Positions 54,097-64,000 of a stretch of 64,000 bases of DNA are shown one piece after another. The stretch spans positions 65,658,001-65,722,000 of the forward strand of contig OX597817.1 in NCBI GenBank assembly GCA_951406725.2, given 5' to 3'. The notes below the pieces were generated by a model. That model ran no database searches and was not told the DNA's origin. It saw nothing but the letters and a program-made list of their open reading frames with translations. A program made the translations under genes and the position numbers. The stretch comes from Octopus vulgaris. Lineage: Eukaryota. How positions within the stretch are numbered: position 1 is the stretch's first letter; each line of letters begins with the position of its first letter.

Positions 54097-57000
54097 ATTT
54101 CTTTATTAACTACTAAGGGTTTACATAAAAAAAACATTATGAGCAACACAGAACAAATACAATGTGGGGTTACATGAAAGTTGTGTAAACAATGGAAAAC
54201 AAAAACAATAATCGAATAAGAGGGAGATTCCTAGGACTGCTCGTGAAAATCCTGCAAGTCCACAACAGTCCTGACCACTAGGGTAAGTGCCCTTTTACTT
54301 TATCTACAGGTGCATGCTTAGAGTAGGCCCATTCACTTGGGCCATTCTTGTGACATTCACCCACCTTTTAACAGAACTTCCCCTTCCACCCCCACTTTCC
54401 TTTTCAAGAGAAATTTGAAAAAGTTAATGAGGGCTTGGCCAAAGAGAAAAGTATCTGTCTTTATCCCTTTCAACCTGGTCCACCACACAACCTCTTTTGC
54501 TAAGGCCACCAGGTAAACAAAAACAGCCTACCCTTCTCTGCCAAAGGAAGGTGGCATGACTATCCTCATGATGGGCTCAGCCAAGAGCCAGATTCATCCT
54601 ACACCTGACAGCAGGTGGTTGACATAAACCCACAATTCAGAAATAATTGGGCACTGGACGAGAGTGTGCAAAGCAGTTTCGTCACTCTGCATGGATCTCA
54701 AGCAAGCTGGGCTGACTGCACTTCCGTGCCTGTAGAGATATCTCGAACAGGTAGTGCCCCCTAGTAGCACTGCCAGGCCAAGGATTTCTGGAAATTATCC
54801 ATAGGCCCTGGCCCAAAGGTTCTCTGGAACAGATCAACCAACTTGTTCTTGTCAATGCCCAGAGTCGACCCAAGAACGTCATATCTACTTACCCATCTCT
54901 AATCCTCTATAGAATGTCAGTGGAATTTCCACTGACTGATTGCCTAACTGACAGAAGAGTGTGAGCGCCTGACAACACTCTAGGTGTCAGATGCCCTTCC
55001 TCAGTTTATGCTTGATTCAGGACCACAGCTCAGTCAAAGAGACAAACAGTGGGAAATTGCATCTGACAAATGGTGACCACACCTGCTCACCATCTAGGAA
55101 GCACTGGAGATGCTGCAGCTTCAATGCATGTCTGCGCATCAACAGCCACAGCATGCCCAGCTCTCCATTTAGCAGGTGTTGAGAGCAAATGGAGCGCCTG
55201 ACCAGTGGAACGTGTCCCTTCTACAGAAAGCAGAATACCAGGCACTTCAGTCTGGTTAGACTCAAACCAAGTCAGAGCACAATGGTGAGGCAGTAGTAGA
55301 TGATGGATGCTGTGTAAGTATTCGCTGCCTCTGCCTGATTTTTCAGGGATAGCTTTCTCTCAAACCATTTCTGGGTGAGATTGACCACCCTGCATGCCGC
55401 CTCATCCCAGTTCTTCTCCACCTGGAGATCTTGATTGAACCAGACCCCAAGCAATTTAACAGATCGTTCTGTCCAGCATCTCACGACACTGTTGGAAGGT
55501 ATGGACCTACTTCTCCAGGTGCCAAGTTGCAGGCTACTGACTTCTGATTAATTTTTGCTCCTGTCACCACTTCATATTCTCTTAGAGCTGTGCCGACCAG
55601 GTCTATGTGCTCAGTGTTTAACACTATGATAGTGACATCATTTGCATATACCGACACAGTTCTCCCACATCCTAGTTCGTGCAGGATACCTCTCAATGCC
55701 TCCAATTGCTGCAGTACTGAGTCTAGAGCCATCACATGCAGGAGAGACAAGAAAGGACACCCTTGACAGACTGAACGCACTATGCTAAATGGTTCTAATA
55801 GGTAACCATTCACCCCAACTACCAAGCAGATGTCACTGGACATTGCTGTGATCCAGCCAAGAAACGTGAGACTGAAACCAGCTGCTGTGAGGACAGCTGC
55901 CAAGTATTGGTGGTCAATCCTATTGTTATGGGCTGAAAATTTTCTATTTGATCCACCTCGTTAGGGTTCTTTCTCAGCAGTGCCACCACTCTTTGTCTCA
56001 CAACACTAGGAATTCTCCCATTCTGCTGCCAGTTGTGGTAGATGTCTACTAAGAGGTCGCCAAACAAATCTGGCATACAATAGTAAAGCTCAATGCGCAG
56101 ACTATCCAAACCAGGTAATATGCATCCTGTGCAGCCCATTATCACATCCTGTATTTCCATAGCTGTTATCAACATTTTGCTATGTCACACCCCACCTGAT
56201 GACAGTCATGGCATGCCATCGAGGTAGACACTAAAGTCCATCCTGCATTCCAGATTGCCACTTGTCCTAAACAGTTGGGCAAAATGCCACTGAAATGCTA
56301 CACACATCTGTTCAGGCTCAAGTATCATGCACCCACCCAGGTCCACCAGAGACCGAATTATGGCTTTGTTGCTACATTGAGCCTCTGCCACTCAGGTCCA
56401 TTGAGCAGCTTTAATTCCCACATTTCTTAAATTATGTGTCTTAGCTCTGACAATGCATCCTTCATGCTTAGCATTAAAGAACTGGTCGAGGACCAATCTT
56501 GCTGCCTGCACATTGGTTGCAATGCCTCAACTAAGCACCTCTTCTAAGTCCCTAACTGGTTATCCTTCTATTTTATATTTTTCTATAGCTAGAATTTTGC
56601 TAAATCTAATCGATTCTATTCTAATTGCCCTTTTCAGGGCATACCACCATTTATTGTTAAGTATTGACCCCGTTAATGCTCACTTAACTAATTCATTAAT
56701 CCAGTCTCTGTAAGCTTGGCATGCCAGGAATGAGGCGTTCAACTTCCAGTAACTGGGTTCTTGTCTATGTACTCTTAGTCAACCATACAGGTCACAAATT
56801 TGTGGTCTGTGTTGGCAATGATTTTAAAAAGTGGACAACTTACACTATTCCTATCTACTGGCCAATACGACTTGGATGACCTGCTGTGGCTAGACCAGGC
56901 CCAAACTAGTGCATTCGGGAAATCCAACTGATACCTGTCAGACAGTTGAAAACATCTGAGCAGGTTTGTGAGGTTTTTGCACCCACCTTCTCTATCTGCT

Positions 57001-57389
57001 AGCCCCACATGATCCCCACAGGCTCTAAGACAGCATTCCAGTCGTTCATAAGCACTAAAGGATGAGACATTCCCAGAAAAATTTCCAAGCATCTGAAGAA
57101 GTCTGGCTGCCCTGCTCCTGTTGGAAGAGACAGTCACCAGCCTGAAGGCACCCCTGTCACTACTGCTCACATCCAGGACCACCAACTTACCTTCTGGGTC
57201 CAGGAAGATAGTCTTTATCTTGAGATCCAGGCCTCTGTGGAACAACACAGCAGTTCCACCTCCCATTCCTGGCTGGCATGGAGATCAAAACGATCTCTTA
57301 TCCACCGAAAATGGGCATAAATGCTTGTTGGTTGGAGAGCCTGGTTTCACTGATGGCCACCACACTGACATTTAGTGACCTGAGATCAT

Positions 57390-57395
<6 letters not shown>
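54097..57395 (-). mobile_element. Second Tx1/L1-like LINE, 5'-truncated (ORF2 only)
   Basis: VVAISETRL, GGGTAVLF and TDHKFV (endonuclease); RSVCQGCP, VYANDVT and RKLSLKNQAEAANTY (RT); AATAAAGAAA plus (ATT)n at the 3' end. Confidence 0.88.
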
Positions 57396-57423
<28 letters not shown>

Positions 57424-58539
57424 CAGCAACAGCCATTCAAGAATTTGGACCTGGAGATCTCCATTTCCAGCAACTTTGAGGGCCACCTCCCAGTGGCGTC
57501 AGGCGTCAACGAAGAGCCCTCAACTACAACAAAACGACCATTTTTTTTTCCAAGTTCTGGGGTCTCCCAACCCTAAGCCCTAGACCATTACCTAATCACC
57601 CTTACCCATCTTGTTGCTTAACAACAACAACCAGTAACAGTAACAGTAGTAGTTAATGTGTCAGTATTATTATTATGAGTAGTCTTACTGCTCCATGTTT
57701 CTTGGTTTTGTTACACTACTCCTTGTGTCTCAGGAATGCTACATTCCTCCATGTTTTTTATGTATGTTAGTGCTCCATGTTTTCAGATATATCACTCGGC
57801 TTCTGCTCCATATTTCTCATGTATGTTACATTTCTCTGTATTTTTCAGATAACCACTTCATGTTTCTCGACTATGTTACCTTTCTCCGCTATTGAGTTAG
57901 ACATGGCCTGGATCTATACTGGCCAAAACCTATCCAAGTTATGTTCCTAATGTACCTTTCACTGCTCCATGTCTCTAAGTATTTAACACTATCTCATGTT
58001 GCTCCATGTTTGGTGCTTATTGTCCAGTTTACATAAGTGTTTATTTCGAGTGACAGTACTCTATGTAAGATAGGTGTAATACTATATAATGTTATAATAT
58101 ATACATGGTATTTAAGTATGGTTTTGTGGTCCAGAAACTTGTTTTGTAATAACATGGCTCCAGGTAGAAAATTTACCAGAGTCTATTCACCTGGCATGTG
58201 GCACAAATTAATTCCCAATACCCAGTGAAGGGAAAATAATACAAATAAATTGATAGCCTCCATATGAGTTATCAACGTGTTAGATATTTTCCTAACAAGG
58301 TAGGGTGTGATTTAAGTAACTTAGCTGCTATATTTAGCATGTCAAACGACCACATAGAGGCTCCCTCATTGGGTAATAAATCCGTTTCATTGTCTTTTAA
58401 CCACTCCATCACAATTACTCATGTAATGACTGTTTCTGTATCCTTCAGACTCATTTAGTAGTAATCTACCTCAAATGAAAGACTGCCCCATTAGATAAAA
58501 GACACACTAGATAAAGATGCAGTTGTAAATACTGCTAAT

Positions 58540-58873
58540 GAAGGCACATGGCTCAGTGGTTAGAGCGTCAGGCTTAGTCATGAGACTGTGAGTTCGATGT
58601 TCCAGACCAGGCTGCATGTTGTGTTCTTGGAACAGGATACTTTATTTCATGTTGCTCCATTTCACTCAGCCATAGAAATGAGTTGCAATGTCCCTGGTGC
58701 CAAGCTATATTGGCCTTTGCCTTTCACTTGGATAACATTGGTGGCATGGCGAGGGGAGGCTGGTATGCATGGGCGACTGCTGGTCTTCCATAAACAACCT
58801 TGTCTCGATTTGTGTATTGGAGGGAAATTTTCTAAATGCAATCCCATGGTCAATCATGACCGAAGGGGGTCTT
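58540..58873 (+). mobile_element. tRNA-derived SINE (same family as 18012), CpG-depleted copy
   Basis: Full-length alignment to 18012-18344. Confidence 0.88.
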
Positions 58874-59070
58874 TACCTCATAGCTACTGCTAAAATGACA
58901 ATATAGTTAGTCATGGCTGGAATATTTTTCGTCATATGTCAGCTCTAGCAGGGCTGATCTGGAGTTAAAGACAACAACAACATCTGTAAAAATGATGATG
59001 ATGATGAGATGACGATGATGAAAGCATAGGTATCTATTTAAAAAGTGTATTTAAATGTAGTGGTTATTAC

Positions 59071-59204
59071 CTTTTGGGTGGATTATTGAGAGTCAGTGTC
59101 AGAATGCCATTTTCTAGATTCCTCAGAACTAATGGTTCAGCTCTGGCCCCTGCACTGGAATGTCTAATGGCTGCTGCTGTTGCTGTTGGCAACAACCTGA
59201 AGCA
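59071..59204 (-). CDS. ECHDC3: ECHDC3-like enoyl-CoA hydratase domain protein, first visible coding exon (CFRLLPTATAAAIRHSSAGARAEPLVLRNLENGILTLTLNNPPKR)
   Basis: Acceptor ttccctcctcttgcag and donor AG|gtaata; 134 nt, phase 0 to 2. LTLNNPPKR joins NALS in the next exon to give the crotonase N-terminal motif. The start is rich in R/S/A/T, like a mitochondrial presequence remnant. An upstream ATG exon was not located. Confidence 0.88.
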
Positions 59205-62200
59205 CTGCAAGAGGAGGGAAAATAAGATATAAAGTACACAACATGAAATAAGGATTTTTTTGTTTTTTTGCAAAGATATGAAGCCTGAGAATTTTTAAAA
59301 GTACGGAAATCAGATGACTGTGATCTCTGTACATTTCTCAAAGATGTCAGAGGCACATTTTATTACTTGTAGTAGCTCCTTCACTGATAACTGTGTTTTG
59401 AGGTTTTGCTTATTCCACATTAAAGCACAATAGTTATTACCTGTGAAGAAGTATAGTTTGGTAACATGTACTATGCTTTTGTTAATTATTTGAAGTGCTT
59501 ATGAGTAGACATAGACACATTCTTGGCCTTTCATTCTTGACCCGATGGAATATCCAAGATGCTGGAGAGAGAGAGGAGAGAGGAAAGGAGAGAGAGGAGA
59601 GAAAAAGAGAGAGAGAGAGCAAAGGAGAGAGAGGAAAGAAGAAAAGAGAGAAAGGGAAGAGAGAGGAGAGAAAAGGGAGAGAGAGAGTTGTACCAGCACA
59701 TAGGTAATATTTAATAAGGGAAAAGCAGTGAGCAGCCAGAATCATTAAAAAGCTGCCCTAAATGTTTAGCAGCATTTCGTCCATCTTCACATTCTGAGTT
59801 TAAATTCTGATGAGGTTGATAAAATAAGCACCAGGTGAGTACTGGGGCCAATGTAATCTGCTTACCCCAACCCGCAAAATTGCTGGCTTTGTGCCAAAAT
59901 TTGAAATCAATATTCATTACAGATGAGTAGACTGAAGCCATATGACATAAAATGTCTTGTTCAAGGATACAATATTTTACCCAATCCTCAAAAGGAACCC
60001 ACAGCCTTTTGGTTATGAACTAAACACCTATCCATAAGGTTACACACTTTCACCATGCCACAGTACTGGTAAATAAAATCTATTAACTCTCTTTCTCTCT
60101 CTCTCTCTGAATCTTACTTAATTGTAATGGAAACTTATAAGGTTAAAAACAGTGTTTCTTCTGCAAGAGAGATATTAACATTGTGAGCAAACAGTGTCAA
60201 CTCTAAAACATACTCATGACCATAACCACTCCTGTCTTATTTTCAGATATAGTATAAAGAATTTCATAAGAGAAAATCCATATAAAAGATTTAATAATAA
60301 AATACAATATAAATACAATTAAAATCAATATTTCTGATTGCTACAGAATTCAGAACTAGCTTCATTATTCTCATAATATTTCAAAGAGAGAATATGGCTG
60401 CTAGTCAATGAATACATAAGTACATGTTGCACTTGGGTGCCCATTATTTGCTTTAAATACAATTAAAACTCAATTTTTTAAATGAAATCTTTTGTGACTA
60501 TTGCTTGATACCATTACCAGAATATATATTTTCACTACAGTATATGCACAGACATAGGCAGTCATATCAGGCTCCCTCATCTTATATTAAAAACCTCACT
60601 GAATGTAGAATGCTTATTTCATTGAAGTGTATTAGACAACTTACTGTTTCACATACACAACAAAACCTACAATTTGTAATATACTGAATTGTGTTTTCAG
60701 TAATTTAGTATTTTCTTTTTAGAAGTGATGGTTCTCTTGATAAATACCATGGATGAAAACCTTTTTTAATCAACAGTGAATTTATTTTGTGACCAAAATG
60801 TCAAAGAACTTTCTCTTCTCTTCAATGCCAGCCAATACTTCAACTCCCAGTAACTACTAGCCCTAACAAAGCTCAGATGAGACTCACAATGGAGTACTGC
60901 CCCATAACCAGGATGGGGCTGCTGCTACACACTGAGATATCCTTGATGTCCAGTCAACTAATGGGCCTCAAGTGACTCACAAACACACTTCTGTATCAAG
61001 TTCACAGATATGCTGTCTCCTCTCTCTCTGTTTTGTGCCGGCAGCATGTAAAAAACACCTACTACATTCTTGCCAAATCAGATTGGAACTTGGTGCAGTC
61101 CTCTGGCTTACTAGTTTTCAGTCAAACCATCCAACCCATGCCAGCATGGAAATTGGGTGTTAAATGATGATGATGACTTCGATGGCCTCTGCTCTTTGAA
61201 GAGCCCAGTCTTTTCACCCCAGAACCCCAGACATTCACTCTCTGAAATTAACTAGTCGATTTTAATAGCATTAATTTCACTAGTAGTGTTGGGGTGCAGT
61301 ATCAGTTCCAAGAATAAAAAATACCAAATGTCATCATATCAACAGACCTTTAGTTTGTTGTTGTCATTGTAACTAAGACCATACCGGAGCACCACCTTCA
61401 AAATATATTTTTGCTCTACATGATAATTAGTGATGAGCCACTGAAGCAGTAATGAGTTACTCTATTTTCCAGAAATAGCACCAAATCTCCCTTGAATTAC
61501 AATCTACTGTCTTAAGAAAAGAAACTACATGTTGGATAATGTCTAATACACCTTTGGTCAATTAGAGCTGATAAATGTTGTCTAAATTTCATTTATTAAT
61601 TATGATACAATATCTAATTACACTTTGGTTTATCACTGCTCATTTTTATGGATCCACATGATTGAAGGAAATCATATGGAAGAAACAAAAGAATGACAGA
61701 GGGATATTTCTAGGGATGCCTTTTTTATGAAGAACAAACATTTAACTCAGTGCTAACATAATATAGTGAGTCAAAAACATTTCAATCAACGTAAATTACA
61801 ACTGAACATAATTATAGATATTGGATGAGAGGTAGGGGAAGATAACTGAGGAATTTAAATTAGCTGAAAATTAATTTGATGTGAGCATTCATTAGGGAGT
61901 GAGTTGGATTCTTCATAATAACTATAGTGACAACTCCAGCCACTGATCAGTCTTATTAAAAAAAAAAAAAACATTGTAGAGATACGTTTTTAATGTCATT
62001 TTACCAGTACTCACAAACCCTTGAAAACTTCAGCAAAAACAGTGTTGTTGACCTTGATACCAAGGCTTCATCTATATCTGATATGAGAACATTCTGGTAA
62101 AGTTTTCCTTTCGTCTCTCATGTCAGATCACCATGTGTCAATAAGTTCTCTCTAACTCACATTCTATTAACACTGATGTCACTTGGGGTTTGGTTATGAC

Positions 62201-63010
62201 TCCAATACTCTTCCTTCTCTACATCAATAATCTGTCTGCTGTTGTTTCTAATCACACAGTTATACAGATGATACTATTTTTTTCTCCTTTATCTTTCACA
62301 CACACAGGCATCATCCATCAACAATCTTACTTCACACTAGACTTCTATAACCAGAGACCATCGTGTAATGGGTACAAGACAACCTAGTTTCTTTTAACAA
62401 CACCATTACAGAGTCACTACATGTTTTGTGGGATCTATTTAGCAACATTACTTTCTCTTTATTAATGAACCACACCTAGCTATGACATTTAGGTACATGG
62501 TTTTAGAGTTTCAAATCTTTCATAGCAGCCATACATATAAAAAAGCCAAAACTGTTTCAGAAAAGTTAAGACCACACCTAGTGACAATGAACAGATATTT
62601 CCTTTGTAATGCCTGTTTACAGCCAAGTGAAATATGAATCTGTTAAGTGTTTTTTGTCAAAAATACATCTTTGACCTTTGATCACTAGCTAAATACTTTA
62701 TCAATTCAACAAGCTATGATTTTCAAAAAGACAAAGGACAAACTTCAGTCGTGGGATCTCATCTGTAAAGATGTTACAATTTTTCCCTATTTATATAATA
62801 CAAAGTATTCATTTAAGTGATAGTTAGTGATACATATTTCTTCACAATTTGTTTGATACAACTTATGGAATAGATTGCTTATGAATTTCCTAAGCTTTTA
62901 ATTTGTCAAATAGAGGTTTCATTCATGCCACTAAAATCATGTGTAGAAATGAAAAATGATATCTAATTGTTATATCTTCCATGACAGATGGATAGATGAA
63001 TGTGTATGTA

Positions 63011-63063
<53 letters not shown>

Positions 63064-63070
63064 ATATTTA

Positions 63071-63291
63071 CATAGGGTGCTGAAAAGTCCCAGAGTTTGA
63101 TTAAAAGAAAGCACAGGAGGATCAGTTAATTATGATTTTATTCAACAAATTCCCCTCTCAGATTCACACATATATTGCAGCAGTCCTACAATTTCTCTAA
63201 GCCCTGTAAAAAACAGGGCTTAGAAAAGTTGGGCTTCCAACCCAGCCTTTCGCAATACTCTTAAAGCCAGGAACTTTTCAGCACCCCCTCA
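63071..63291. mobile_element. Mariner-type MITE
   Basis: Imperfect TIRs agggtgctgaaaagtcccag / ccaggaacttttcagcaccccct, TA on the left, set within a (TG)n tract. Confidence 0.7.
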
Positions 63292-64000
63292 TGTGTGTGT
63301 GTGTGTGTGTCTATATGTGTATGTATGCATGTATGTATATATTACATATACACACACACACACACCAAGATGTATTTGGTTAGTAAAATGGTAACTGTAA
63401 CTTAAATCAACTATTTACTCCACATGTTAAATGGACTTATCAAACTCTTTAACAGACTAATTGCACATCATCATCTGTTTTCTCAGATTTTATCCTATCT
63501 TCTGTATTAACAAGTCACCAAGAGAGTCAATACTTAATCACTCACACTTATAAAAATAGCAATCAAATTTCTCCCAAATCTCAACCTACCATCATACAAA
63601 ACAGACACTGACATTAAATAATGTAGTCCTAGACATCCCTAAAATAATGAGGTAGTCATGGCTTGAATGCTTTTGATCATATATATATATTCAATCAAGG
63701 CTAACCTGGAATAAAACCACAGTATTAAATTATTCCTTAATGTTATAATAGTTATTTATTATCAACATTATTCTTACTGGATTAAATTCACTTTGACATC
63801 AAACCACCTGTGTTAACTGCACAAATTAAGCAAATGATTTGCAGATTACTCTATTTCTTTATTCAAACATACATACATAACTTTGTCAGAGGAGTAAAGA
63901 AGTACCGATGACCTGTTTACAAGATTTCTGTAGCTGGTGGGAAGCAGAGAATCAGACACTTAGCCTGAATCCTTGCAGTGGAGTGAATTCTTCTAAAGGT

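Overview
This is AT-rich, microsatellite- and transposon-dense animal genomic DNA. The repeat families suggest a coleoid cephalopod (Octopus-like), which is an inference. One host gene can be rebuilt by hand on the minus strand: an ECHDC3-type crotonase. It has 9 phase-compatible GT-AG exons from 59204 to 37849 (279 aa); the first, ATG-bearing exon was not found. A single plus-strand exon (about 11236-11478) encodes most of a Frizzled-type cysteine-rich domain, and its partner exons were not securely found. The rest is mobile DNA: a complete but decayed IR/DR Tc1 (DD34E) element, a Tigger/pogo relic, hAT and mariner MITEs, two tandem Tx1/L1-like LINEs, CRE-, R4-like and CR1/jockey-like LINE fragments, Penelope-like relics and tRNA-derived SINEs. 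The most interesting signal is at the RNA level: at least four minimal type I hammerhead-ribozyme folds of the Penelope-associated kind, each with a palindromic helix III and a non-consensus core. There is also a conserved structured 5' leader of an R4-like retroelement, two long inverted repeats, and CpG decay in SINE copies inside the ECHDC3 gene body. Almost all ORFs in the supplied track are microsatellite or repeat artefacts.
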